A stretch of 64,000 nt of DNA from Paraspadella gotoi. Lineage: Eukaryota > Animalia > Chaetognatha. Positions 25,133-38,732 of this stretch are shown here, one piece after another (within the stretch, counting starts at the first letter, position 1; every line of letters starts with the position of its first letter). The notes under the pieces were generated by a model. That model did not search any database and was not told the origin of the DNA. It saw only the letters and a list, made by a program, of their open reading frames with translations. The position numbers and the translations under genes were made by a program. The stretch covers positions 15,196,770-15,260,769 of the forward strand of contig CM119271.1 of NCBI GenBank assembly GCA_051294375.1, written 5' to 3'.

Positions 25133-25354
25133 TAGAAATATTATTAAGGGCGCTCTCGGGTAAAAAAAGGTCTATTTTGCAAAGGCCCCTCGATTGACCC
25201 ATTTTGGAAAAGGATCCTAACGGTAGGGGAACTTTTAAAATGGCGTTCTGGGACATAAGCAAATGTTAAAAAAAACAAAAACAAAAAACAAAACGGAAAG
25301 GGATAGGCAGACTTTGAAAAAGACGCTTAAGGATAATCAATTTTAATCATAATT

Positions 25355-26075
25355 ATAAAAAAGGCGCCCGGGGATATCAGCTGACTTTAAACAAGGAAAG
25401 GATAAAAGCACAGTGAAAAAGGCGCCGAGGGATAAGCAAAATTTAAGATAAAGCACCCTGGAATAACCAGAATTTGAAAACGGCGCCTTGGGATAGGCAA
25501 AATTTAAAAAAAGGCACCCTGGGATAACCAGAATTTGAAAAAGGCGCCGAGAGATAGGCAAAATTTAAGAAAAGGCACCCTGGGATAACCAGAATTTGAA
25601 AAAGGCGCCGAGAGATAGGCAAAATTTAAGAAAAGGCACCCTGGGATAACCAGAATTTGAAAAAGGCGCCTAGAGATAGGCAAAATTTAAGAAAAGGCAC
25701 CCTGGGATAACCAGAATTTGAAAACGGTGCTTTGGGATAGGCAAAATTTAAGAAAAGGCACCCTGGGATAACCAGAATTTGAAAACGGCGCCTTGGGATA
25801 GGCAAAATTTAAGAAAAAGCCTTTTGAGATAATCGGATTTTGAAAAAGGCACCGAGAGATAGGCAAAATTTAAGAAAAGGCACCCTGAGATAACCAGAAT
25901 TTGAAAACGGTGCCTAGAGATGGGCAAAATTTAAGAAAAGGCATCCTGAGATAACCAGAATTTGAAAACGGCGCATTGGGATAGGCAAAATTTGAGAAAA
26001 AGCCTTTTGGGATAAGCGGATTTTGAAAAAGGCGCCTAGAGATAGGCAGAGTTTGATAAAAGGCACCCTTGGATA
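25355..26075. repeat. 61-bp minisatellite built from two related ~30-bp subunits (~11 copies, decaying at both edges)
   Basis: GCACCCT at 25453, 25514, 25575; both subunits contain AAAAGGCRCC-N-GGATA. Confidence 0.95.
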
Positions 26076-26538
26076 AATACGCACCGAGGGATAATCACAT
26101 TCTAAAAAAAGTCACCCTAAATTTTGTGTAAATATAAAGAGGGGCCCAAAGATAAGAGCTTTTTCAAAAGAGTTGCGAAATTATCAGGGTGCCCCTACGG
26201 AGGATCTTCAGAGGTCGCGCGTCAGGCGTCACAGTCAATTCGATCCATTCTGATAACCGACTTAAGGAGAGAGGAAACGATAGATATGGAGAGAGAGAGA
26301 GAGGGAGAGAGAGAGGTGTAGATTGATGAGGGAAAGTGAGAGAGGAGAAATTTAACAGCAGAGAGACATATGAGAGAGAGAGGAGGAGAGATGGAGAGGA
26401 GAGAGAGAGAGAGATGAGAGAGCAGAGGGAAGTAGAGCGAGACATGTGTGAATGCTGTTGTATCGGAAGAAGAAAAGAACGACACAGAAATCCGAAAATA
26501 GGCACAAAAGAATTGGGAGGAATAAAAATGGAGAGAGG

Positions 26539-26586
<48 letters not shown>

Positions 26587-26704
26587 GAAGGTGGGTAACG
26601 TGTTATTGAGATGAATAGATTGGTCATCGTTGGCTGCCTCGATCCCAGGGGCCAATTGAATTTGAAATGAGCCAGACTTATTGAAAGTCTATAGAGAGGA
26701 GAGA

Positions 26705-26737
<33 letters not shown>

Positions 26738-26885
26738 GAGAGAGAGTTAGAGAGAGAGAGATAGAAACAGAGAGATGGAGAGAGAGAGAGAGATGGAGAG
26801 AGAGATAGATAGAAATTGGAAGTGAATGCCCGAATACAGACAGAGGAGAGAGAGAGAAAAAAAAAAAAAGAGAGAGAGATAGAGC

Positions 26886-26918
<33 letters not shown>

Positions 26919-27369
26919 GAGAAATTGGAAAGTGAATGCCCGAATACCAGACAGAGAGAGACAGGGAGAGAGAGAGATAGAGACAGAGAGAGAAAGAGAG
27001 AGAGAGAGAGAGAGGAAAGAAGAGATAGAGAGAGAAAGAGAAGAGAGGGAAATTGGAAGTGAATGCCCAAATACCAGACATGAGAGAGACAGAGATCGGA
27101 GAAGGAGAAGGGAGAGAGGACTGACGAGACAGATTGACAGAAAAGTAAAGTACCTAAGGTCGCAGAATCAACAAACAATAAGAATAAAAGGCTATATGAG
27201 AGAGAGAGTGAGACGAGAAGAGGACAGACGAGAGAACGTACCGGCTCATCATGCGAGACTGACGAGAGGAGAGATGGAGAGACGAGATTGGAAGTGAATG
27301 CCCGAATACCAGACGGAGCGAAGACCATTTTTTTCCTCTTTACTGTCTGAGTCAATTTAGGTAGAATCG

Positions 27370-27402
<33 letters not shown>

Positions 27403-27464
27403 TTCATCGTCGTCGTCGTCGTCGTCGTCGTCGTTTTGCTTTTCACGTCGTCGACCGATTTCCG

Positions 27465-27590
27465 GGTCACGTGATCAGAAAATTGCCTTAGCAACGCGGG
27501 TGGACGCCCATGGCAACGGGAGACACGGGATTTTTCTTGGCGGATCTCCTTAGCGACGCGAGTTTGACCTTGAACCGTCGCCATGGCAAC
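27465..27590. promoter_or_regulatory. Cluster of RFX X-box-like motifs plus an E-box
   Basis: GTCACGTGA; ATTGCCTTAGCAAC (27482-27495); CCATGGCAAC (27508-27517); ATCTCCTTAGCGAC (27544-27557); near-perfect GTCGCCATGGCAAC (27577-27590). Confidence 0.55.
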
Positions 27591-28500
27591 GGAGCGAAGA
27601 GAGAGAAAGCTTTCCAAAAATGCCTGATTTCTGGTAAAGACGAAAAACAATAAGCTTGCAGGGTCCTGTTACGAAATTGATATTACTAATAAACAATTTA
27701 TAATTCATTCATCAAATAAGCTATCTCGCCCCTGACTTTGAACAGGCTTTGGTGGTTTAAGCCCAACATCACTCTTACAAGATAATAACACGAGAGAGTT
27801 AAAACCCAGATTTTTCAACCCAGAATCAATTCGCCTAAGCGAATGACCATTCCGATTTTGCGATACTTTAATAACACTATTAAACTCATATTAATGTCAT
27901 AGACACTTCAAATTAACTATTATAGAAGAAGGATGATCGAGATTCGATCCCTAAACTTTTCCAGTCTCGTTTAGTCACTTCCCGATTACCTGGCTTCCCT
28001 ATAAATGAAGTGGGATAATATTTCAAAGAATGTTTCAATTGAATAAAAGGAAAACTCCCATAAGTATTAGATCTGAGAATACTATAGCGTTAAAAAACAA
28101 TACTTTATCATCTTGTATGATGGATGAAGAGCTGTCCAAAGTCAGGAGACAATATAGCTTACTTAGGATAATTTTAATATTGGATAATGGCTATACACAA
28201 TTCGGAAGAAGAGATACCGTCTTCGTAGAGAGAAAGAGTCAGTGAATCAAGCTGGGGAAGTGAGTCACCGAGTCGGTGATGCTTTGGATTCGGTGAAGTG
28301 ATGAATTGAATCGAGAACGAAGCTGAGTGAGTTAATGGTGAGGGAAGAGGAGGGAGAGTGAGAGAGGGTAAGGACGAGTAAGGAATCTTTAGCGGAGACG
28401 AAGTTTGAAAAAAAAAAATTTTCGAATTGAAAAAGTACGAAAAGACTTTCATCATGTAGAAGCTCGTTTTCGGAAACCATTGGTTGGCTCTCTCTCCTCA

Positions 28501-28539
<39 letters not shown>

Positions 28540-29680
28540 CCTCTCCCTCTCCCTCCCTCTCTTTCCCCCCGTCTTCCAATTTCCCCCTCAGACCGAGTTA
28601 ACGGGAATAGTCGGCCATTGAGAGAGATAAAAGCGACGATGACTTTATGCTATCGTCGAAGCGGGAATGGGCAAAGATAGGTAAGAGAAGAGAGAGGTGG
28701 AGGAAAAGAGGAGTAGAGGAGGGGGGCGGGAGAGATAGGAAGATGAGTAAGAGAAGTAGAGAAAAGATAAGTAAAGGTAGGGTAGAGGCGGGAGGAGATA
28801 GGAGATGAGTAAGAGAAGTAGAGAAAAAGATAAGTAAAGGAGGGGTAGGAGGTGGGAGGAGATAAAGAAGATGAGTAAGAAGAAGTAGAGAGAAGATAAG
28901 TAAAGGAGGGGGCAAAGGAGGCGGGAGGAGATGGAAGATGATAAGAGAAGTAAGGAAAAGAGAGTAAGAGTGGAGAGGTGGAAGAGAAGGAAGATGAGTA
29001 AGAGAAGTAGAGGAAAAGAAAGTAAAGGAGGGGGCAGGAGAGTGGGGAGAGATAGGAATATGAGTAAGAGAAGTAGAGGAAAGAGAAGTAAAGGAGGCGG
29101 AGAGGAGAAGAGAGATATAGGTTGAAGAAGAGAGGAAGTGGAAAAGGCAAGATAGAAAAGAACAAATAGAGAAGATAATAAAAAGAGAAATAAATGTTAC
29201 CAATTGATTTAACAAACGAGAAAGGATGACTGACTGACTGACTGATAAGACGACTTGGCTTCTCATATAAAAAGGCGACTCATAAGAACGAATCGTTCTC
29301 GTGATTCGTGGGCCTCCAAATCAACGACAAGTTTTCACTTTTTGGGGTCTGAAAATGTCTGGATAAGTCCGTAAATGGTCTTTTTTATGAAATTGGTACG
29401 AACAATATGACAAATTATTAATAAATTAAGTTGACTTTGGACAGGCTTTGGTGGTTTTAGGCCTCCATCACTCTTACAAGAATAAACATACAGTGTGTCC
29501 CAATGGTATCTGTCGGGTTAACTTTTACATATTTGTGCCGGAGTTGTTATTAAATCTTATTTCTGGGAAAACATGTCAAAGATAAGTTTTTACTATTTAT
29601 GATACTATATTCGAATTCAATTTTATCAATTTTTTTTGCAGAACATTCAATTTAAATGAGTCATAATTTCTCACTTTTTT

Positions 29681-32358
29681 AATTATTCGCCAGGCGGAAA
29701 GCCGCGTCAGGCTCTAATAATTTTTAGTATTTGCCTTCTTTGTTGACGCTGAGTCGTCGTCGTCGGTCGTCGTCGTCGTCTGCGTCACGTTTTTTGTATA
29801 AAAGCTACTGCCGCTTTTATAGGTTTTGGCTGGAGACTTACCGTTTTTTTTTTAAATAAATTATATGAATATTATAAAGTTTACAATAAGTGGTGCGATC
29901 ATAGTAAGTTAAAAAAATTAGATATGGTTTCTCAACTTGAAATAAGCTTTGATATTTTCTTATTTAACATTGGAATTAAAGTATTTTTTGTTTGAATTTC
30001 CCTTCATTTATGATTTACTGCAATATGCAAATGAGATTATAGTACTCATTATAATATCCAAATTAGTATATAGAAATGACTTTAAGCTAATTTACATATT
30101 GCAGTATATAATATTGAAAGATGAAATTCAAATTTTTTTTTAAATTTCTTAATAACAATGGGAACTCAAAGGATTTTTTTAATGAGAAGCTATAATCTTA
30201 ATTTTAATACAAATAAAAATAAAATCTTTTTACAAGCTGCGATTTGGAAAAAATTGGAAAGTTTCCAATTGTAAACCATTGTAACATTTTTTGCCTTTTC
30301 TTTTATTTATTTTTTAATATAATATTTTTTTTTTAGGCGCGCTTTCTGAATCGTTTAAAAACGAAGTTCAGTTTCTCTCTGGTCTCTCTTTGTGTGCGAT
30401 CTCTGCGTGATTCGTTCGTTGGAAAAATTCTGATTATTTTTTTCTTTCTAAAAAACATCTATATTTGATCAGGCCGCTCCCTTTTCTGAATCGTTTAAAA
30501 AAAACGAGTCAGGCCTCTTCTTCTCCTCCGTCTTCTTCTCTCTCTCACTCTCTTCTCTCTCTCTCTTTTTTTTAACAAAAAAAATTATTCACCTTTGTTT
30601 TACCACCGTTTTTGAAAATTCTTATTATTTCTTTCCTTCTAAAAACTTTATTATCGCCATTATATTCCGCGCATTCTTTCTCAATACAAATCCGCAAATT
30701 TAATCTGAGATTTTCGTGGATTTTTTTGAGAAAATGTGAAGAATAACGTTTACTTGACCTGGATTTCGTGGACCGTTGCGGGGCAACGAGTAAACAATGT
30801 CGAGGGAACATGACCATAATTAAACGGCACGTTACGTGTATAAAAAAATCAACTTGACACGAGATCACGCCGATATAAAAACAAGAAGTGACCTAATATT
30901 GCGATATCGTTGGCGGGAAAACACTGTTCATCTCTCTCGTCTCTCTCTGCTCTCTCTCTGCTCGTCTCTCATCTCTCTCTCTCTTCTCTCTCTCTCTCTC
31001 TCACTCTCTCTCACTCGTTAGCTTCATTTTATTTGTTTTACGAAAAAAATATTATTTCAACATTGTAAACGAGTAAACGAGTTCCGGCTCTCTCGCTCTC
31101 TCTCTCTCTCATCTCTATCGTTTCTCTCTATCTGTGTCTCTCTCCTCTCTTTCTCTCGCTTTCTATCTCTTTTTTTTGTACAAAAATAATGTTTTAGTCA
31201 CCTTTTTTTTCAAGCCTCCGTCACTGCGCGACGAGTAAACGAGATTCCGGCATCATCTCTATCTCTGCTCTCTCATCATTTTTTTTTTACAAAAAAAATT
31301 TTTTTAGTCACTTTTTTTTTCACATCTCTCTCTCTCATCTCGTCTCTCTCTCTGCTCGTCCTCGTCTCTCTCTCTCCTCCCTTCTTCTCTCTATGTAACG
31401 ACCCAGTTCAGTATTTTTGAAAAATTCTTATTCATTTCTTTTCGCTATCTGAAAAACTTTTATTATCGCCATTTATTTTTATTTTTTCTCATATACAAAA
31501 TCCCAAATTTACATCCGTAGAGTTGTATTCATGGACTTCCTTTTAGAAAAAAGGAAAAATAACTATGACATGCAGGCAATGATCACAGATGTACATCCAG
31601 CTTGCTTCGCTGTACATATAGAGCTGAGCTACTACGTGTCCGGCAAATGCGGCGATTAATTTAATTGCATATAATAACTTTCTAACAAAAATAACTTTTT
31701 TTTGTTTTTGTATTATTACTGTAGACTTTGAACCGGTGGCCCACTATTGGCAAATTATATCTAAAATAGGAGTTGAGAAGAGAGACATTGTCAAATTCAA
31801 CATCTAACTTTTTTTGTTATTCTAATAATTTTACAATTTTAAAATTGTAAATTTTTTTTAAGTGGTAATATATTTAAAATCATGTTTTACTGTCTTTTAT
31901 TAAAAAATAATAATTATGTCTGAGTTGGGATGAATATAGTTTAATAAATATAGTGTAAATATGCAAATATGACGAATTTGACCAGATCGGTCTGGTTTCA
32001 TTCTTAAAAAAAAAGAAAAATCTAAAACATTTTCATTCAAAGGGAAAGAAAAGAGTTCGGCTGCCTACTGCAGATACGTGCGAAAAACGAGTTCAGCTCT
32101 GCACGGGCAGGTCCACGCTTCTCTCATCTCTCTCGTCTCTCTCTCTCTCTCTCTCTCTCCTGCTCTCTCTCCTCTCACTTTACTTCTTCTCTAATTATTC
32201 CGCCATTTACTCCGGGCGCTTTTGTATCTCAATACAAAATCACCAAATTTACATGCCGGAGAATTTTTCGTGATAGTTTTTTTTCTAAAACCATTCTGAT
32301 ATACTTTATATAAACGGAGAGTGAAAACTGACCAGTCCTCTCTCACTCTTTTCTCTCA

Positions 32359-32423
<65 letters not shown>

Positions 32424-32725
32424 ATTCATACACGCATTTGTTTGTTTTATTGAATACGATGAATGAACTCATCGCGTATAATGAATGACTTCAATCGCAT
32501 CAATGAATGATTATCATCATATCAATGAATGATTATCATCACATCAAGTGAATGACTATCATCGCATCAATCATTTGATTATCATCACAGATCACGTTTA
32601 TTATTATACTGATCATCGCATCAATTATTGGTTTAATCCCCATCCGCATCAAATCATTTAGTTATCACTCGCAGTTATATTTGGTTACCACTACGTAAAA
32701 GCTGGCTCGAATTTCTATTAGGCTT
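29681..32725 (+). mobile_element. Larger (~3 kb) HINE-like element related to 92-1085; second representation at ~54798-57660
   Basis: T-run, inverted ATTATT/AATAAT around the GGC-GGAAA-GCC hairpin, (GTC)n; shared blocks AAAATTAGATATGG-TTCTCA, CTGCAATATGCAAATGAGATTAT, AAAAACGAGTTCAGCTCTG and the 21-bp array. Confidence 0.55.
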
Positions 32726-35313
32726 TTAAAGATTTTTTATATAATTTTTATTTTAAAATAAATTAATTAAAAAAATGACGTCAAAATATTTTAAATAGAT
32801 ATAAATAATTTAAATTTAGATTTGTATAAAAATAAATGCATTAATAAAAACAAATAAACAAATATTAAAAAAAATACAAAATTGATAAAAATATACTAAT
32901 TAATTTGATATTTAAATATTTATTATTTGAAGTTGTGAGCGATTTAATCATTAAGCCAGAACAAAATGGTTGCTATTTATTCAACAAATTATTATTAAAT
33001 CAAATAAGTAGATAATTTTAAAAAAATAATGATTACTGTATTATAAAAGCTCTGGAGCTAAAAATATGAGTAGTTTCTTACTGTCCTGAATCTAAAGAAA
33101 AGATTTAAAACATTATTTAATCAATATTATAAAAATATTTTCTAAATATTAAAAAATATATAATTTAAAATTTTTTTTTAAACAATTACTGAAAAAATTT
33201 TTTTACTAATTGCTTTATTAATATGGTTTGCTTTGTTCAATTTTAAAAATTTAGGTATCCTATAAAATGGTCCACTTGTGCGCATATTCATTATGATTAA
33301 TTAAAGTTTTTCGATCTGGTATAGGAGCAGTAAGCTTTTCTTAACAGACTGTACCATTGGGACATACTGTAGCAGGTCCCTGCAAGCTTTCAATGAAGAC
33401 TCTCTCTCAGTCTCGTTTACTTACTGCCAGAGTACCTGGCTTCCCTACAAACGAATTTGTATAATGTTTCAGTTGTTTATCATATGCATACCGTTCATCA
33501 GAAGCTACAGCCCTAAGGGCATTAAAACCCTCTTTTCACGGTGAACCCGTAACGAGTAGAGATCCAATGACTTTTTTTATCTTTCTTGCTCGCAATTCAT
33601 TTGCTTTAACTCTTCCATCTGAATCCATTAGCTAAAATCTTCATTGCCTTCAAGAAGTCTTTCTGACACGATCTGCCACCAAAACGGGGAACTCTATTGA
33701 AGCAATTTACTTTTTATGTTACCCTCTATGCAGCAACCTTCATTGCAGCAACTCCAATTGTCGAAATTACATCCTCGTAATCTTCGTCAAATCATTCTTC
33801 ATATTTCAAGACGTTAATCAGTTTCTGCAACCTTATTGATGCAACCGTATTGCCGCACCCATATTGCTGCAAATGAATTTTCAATATCCTGTCGCAGCGA
33901 TCAGATGGCCGCGACAGTATTGCTGTAACCGCATTGCAGCAACCCTCTCTGCAGCATCGAGACCAAAAAGAATAAAAGAATCGAGTTCCATTAAAACCTG
34001 AAGCGCGAGGGAAAAGTTCGTGTCTGGCCAAGAAATAGAGGAGAGGAAAAGGAAAAGGAAATAAAGAAAAAGGAAGGAAAGAGAGAGAAAAATAAAAAGA
34101 AAGATAAGAAAATAAATTTAAGGAAGAGAAAAAAGGAAAGAAAGGAAAGAGAGAATAAAAGAATAGGAAAGATAAGAAAAAAAATTGAAGAAAGAGAAAA
34201 AAGGAAAGAAAGGAAAAAGAAAGAAAAAGAAAAGGAAAGATAAGAAAATAAATTGAAGGAAGAGAAAAAAGGAAAGAAAGGAAAGAGAGAAAAAAGAAAA
34301 GGAAAGACAAGAAACTAAATTGAAGGAAGAGAAAAAAGGAAAGAAAGGAAAAAAATAGAAAAAGAAAAGGAAAGATAAGAAACTAAATTGAAGGAAGAGA
34401 AAAAAGGAAAGAAAGAGAGGAAAGAGAGAAAGAGGATGGAAAAAAAGGGAAGAAAGAGAGGAAAGGAGGAAAGGGAAAAGGGAGGAAAAGAAAGAAAGAG
34501 AGGTAAGGAAGAAGGGGAGGAAAGGAAAGAAAGGAAAAAAAGGAAAGAAAGGAAAAAAGGTAAGAAAGGGTGGGAAGATATATCTAACAAAACGAAGAGC
34601 TAAAGGAAAAAAAGAAAAAGAAATAAAGTCCATTGAGATAAAGAAGGAATGAAAATGAGAGGAGAATGAAACAAGAAATAAACTGTGATGTCTTGACGCT
34701 ATGTTATTATCTTGTTAGTGTGACGGAGGCTTTAAATCCGTCATAGCCTTAAATCCGTCATAGCCTTAAATCCGTCATAGCCTTTCCAAAGTCAGGAGCA
34801 AGATCTAGCTTATTTTTTACGTGAATGGATAAATTTGAATATTGGTTTTACCAATTTTATATGTATTGACTATTGAGCAATAATAAGTCTAAAAAGCTAC
34901 TGATTAATAATATTATAATAATATAATGAAGAGAAAGACCTCGCGATTCCCGAGCAGTAACTATGGGCGGATATGCGGTTTTGGAACTGTGCTCTCGTAT
35001 GAGAAGATTGTAATGGGGTGGGGGGCTGGGGGCGAGGAACGCGTCGGGGTTGAGGGGGCGGAGGGGCGGGGGGGGGGGCTGATCGATTGAATCCATGGTG
35101 CGTCTTTCGCGAGGGAACGATAAGAATTCAGTCTCGAATTTAAGGCGAGAAGAAAAAAGGAAATAAAGAAATTTCCTATATTAAATTAAATTATTAAATT
35201 GTGTTAAATTATCCCCAGTGAAGGAAAAGTCGTCGTTTGTTAGGATAAAAAACTTATAACGAAATGTGGCTAATTTTTAGCGCGAAGATATGAAAATGAA
35301 CAAGATAAGGAGA

Positions 35314-35523
35314 GCGCCTCTCACACTAAGGGCATCTTCCACTAAGCGCCTACCACACTAAGGGCCTTTTCCACTAAGCGCCTCCCACACTAAGGGCCTT
35401 TTCCACTAAGCGCCTCCCACACTAAAGGCCTCTTCCACTAAGCGCTTCTCACACTAAGGGCCTTTTCCACTAAGCGCCTCTCACACTAAGGGCCTCTTTC
35501 ACTCAGCGCCTCCAACACTAAGT
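35314..35523. repeat. 32-bp minisatellite of two 16-bp CACTAAG-containing subunits (copy at 60226-60432)
   Basis: GCGCCTCCCACACTAAGGGCCTTTTCCACTAA, ~6.5 copies. Confidence 0.95.
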
Positions 35524-36197
35524 GACCTTCCCTTTTTTTTCCTTTATTTTTTTTTGTGGGCACGAGTTGAAAGTCATGGATCGTGGGGCGGTTTTACTTC
35601 GTTGCAGATTTCGTCATTTTCTTGGCTCAGGTCACGCTTTTTTTTTTGTCGGTCTCGATAATTTTGAATCAATCAGATCGCAGAATGAATCCAGAAATTT
35701 TGCGGTAATCGTCGTCGTCGTCGTCGTCGTCGTGACTGTTGTCTTCGTGACTGTCGTCGTCATTATGGTCATTGCCGCCACCGCCACCGCCACTAGCCGC
35801 GCCGGCGCCACCGCCCCCGCCACCGCCCGCCGCCACCCGCAGCAGCTGCCTGGCGCGAAATTTGCGGTCAGTCGCAAGTGAAAAATCTACGCCAAACCTG
35901 CGTTGACTGCAGGAAGGGGGGAGCAGGGGGGCGGAAGCAGGGGGCGGAGCAGGGGGGCGGAGCAGGGGGGAATAAATCAATGGATTTGGGGAAAGAGGGA
36001 AGATCGAGGGGAGGAAGGGAAGGAGAGGGAAATGGGGAGAAGGGGCAGGGGTGCAAATGGGAACGAGGGATTAATTAAGTGTATAAATAATGGATAAAAA
36101 ATGAAGGAACTGAAGAAATTAAAAAAATGATCGATTAAAGTCATGAAGGAAATAGACGATAGATTTCCGACCGCGAAAGAGTTCCATGCTGAGAGAG

Positions 36198-36257
<60 letters not shown>

Positions 36258-36573
36258 AGAGACGTTGTCAATTGATTTGATCTCGTCTTCTCTCACAGTT
36301 TTTTTCTTCTCTTCGAGATAGGAATTTTACAACACGAGAGAAAATGATAATGATAAATGATGATTAATGATTAATGATTAATAGTATATTAATATTTTAT
36401 TTAGAAATCGTGATTATCGTCGTCGTCGTTGTCGTCGTCGTCGTCGCGCGTCGTCGTCGTCGTCGTCACTCTAATGTCCGTGACAAATTTTGTTGAATAA
36501 TAAAAAATACTTATAGTACAAAATGCTTAGTATTTTTTATCATTTGAAATTGAAGCACTCCAATTATATTTTA

Positions 36574-36609
<36 letters not shown>

Positions 36610-36738
36610 CTATCTCCGACTTCTGGTATAATTCGATCGTAAAAAACCACGAAAAAAAGCTCAATAATTGTTTTTAACGATTTTTTACAATGTTTTTATT
36701 ATGTCGCTTTAGCGTCGAACCAGAGACTTCATTCAGTT

Positions 36739-36834
<96 letters not shown>

Positions 36835-38732
36835 TCCTGCGGAGACATCGTCCTCCCGATAAGTTCGTGATAAATAAACATTGAACAAAACGCGAAACTC
36901 GGTGGAGGGAAATTTTGGGATGGAGAAGGGGAAAGGAAGGAGAGAGGGAGAGAGAGGAGGGAGGAGGAAAGAAGGACGAAGAGGAGGGAGAGAGGAAGAG
37001 GAGGAGGAAAAGGAGAGAGGGAGGGAGAGGAAAAGGAGGAGGAAAGGGATGGAGAGGAGGAAGAAATCAAAAGAAAAGGAAAAAGTTGTTTTGAGTAAAA
37101 AGGAAATTTAAACGCAATTTGGAGAAAATGAAAGAAAGGAAAGAGAGGAAAGGACAGGAAAGGAAAAGAAAGGAAGAAAGGAATTAAGGAAAAGGAAAGG
37201 AATTGAAAGGAGAGAAAAGGAAAGGAAAGGAAAGGAAAAGGAAAAGGAGAGGAAAGGAAATGAAAGGAAAGGAAGGAAAGAAGGAGAGGAAAAGAAAGGA
37301 AAGAAAGAAAGGAAAGAAGAGAAAGGAAAGAAAGGAAAGGAAAGGAAGGAAAGGAAAGGAAAGGAAGGGAAATGAAGAGAAAGGAATGGAAAGGAAAGGA
37401 AAGGAAGGAAAGGAAAGGAAAGGAAAGGAAAGGAAGGGAAAGGAGAGGAAAGGAAATGAAAGGAAGGAAAGGAAAGGAGAGGAAAGAAAAGAAGGAAAGG
37501 AGAGAAAGAAAGGAAAGGAAAGGAAGAGAAAGAATGGAAAAGGAAAGAAAGGAAGGAAGGAAAGGAAAGGAAAGGAGGGAAAGGAAAGGAAAGGAAAGGA
37601 AAGGAAAGAAGGGTGGAAAGAAAGGATTAAGGGAAAAAGAGGGTTGAAGAAGGAGAGAGAAGAGGAACAAAATTGGAGGTCGATCGGGGTTAAAGATGGC
37701 GGACTCTGACAAAGGGAGGAAAAGAAAAGAAAAGAAAAAGAAAAGAAAAGAGAAAAAGAAAGAAACGAAGGAAAAATTAGAGATGGAAGGAGAGAAGTAG
37801 AGAAAAAAGAGAGGTTCAGCGGCAAAAGATGAAGAGAAAAGGTTAAGAGGAAGACAAGTGAAGTTAGGAGGGAAAGAGAAAAGGAAATAGGAAAAGAGAG
37901 GAAAAGAAGCAAAAAAGAGAAGAGAAAATAAGAAAGAATATTAGATATGTTCAGTAGCAAAGATGAGAATAGACAAAGAGAGGTTCAGCATAGAAAAGAA
38001 GAGAGATGGATAGTAGAAAAGGATAGAAAATAAAAGAGATGGGATAGTAGAAAAGGATAGTGGTATAGAGAGAGATGATGAGAAGGAAGAGATGAGAGTC
38101 GACGACAACATTCTGCCAAAAAGGGCAAAACGACAAAAACAATCCAGGGGGAATTTCGCCAGGCGGAGGAGGAGGAGGAGGAGGGAGGAGAGGAGCAAGT
38201 GACAAGAATCTGCAAAAAGGAGTGAAAACGCAACCAGAAAAAAAAAAAGAAAAGAAAAAGAAAAAGAAAGAAGAAAAGGTAGACCGTTTCTTTCATCCGG
38301 ATTCCGGATGTAGTTGAATGGGATTATCTTGAAATTTTTTTTGTTTTTAGTTTTTCAGCCGATGTGGAATGAATTTAAGATTTTTTTTAAATTCCGATAT
38401 TTCTTATATTAATACTTATGGGAGTGGTGCTTTTATACGATTGAAATATTTTTTGAACGATATACATACAACTTCATTGATTGAAGCCACGAAAGCCACG
38501 CACTCTGGAGGGAATAAACCAGGATGTGAGAGAATCGATTGAAAGCTTTAGGGTTATGTTATTATCATGCAAGAGGAATAGACGCCACAACCATATAGCC
38601 TGGTCTAAAGTCAGGGGCAAGATAGCTTATTTGTTAAATGAATGGATAGTTTTTATTGTATAATTTTTTAAAACTTCATCTCGTATTAATGAGATATCTT
38701 AACTAAATCGTTAAACAGTCAGAGAAGAGGTA

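Noticed and set aside
33540-34022. Protein-coding exon
   Set aside because: Stops occur in every frame I could reconstruct from both copies; no recognisable domain
36729-37960. Long hydrophobic ORFs (327 and 258 aa) and the similar ones at 21802, 28598, 33792, 41101, 53313 and 61649
   Set aside because: Translations of purine/pyrimidine low-complexity tracts; lengths and frames are not conserved between copies
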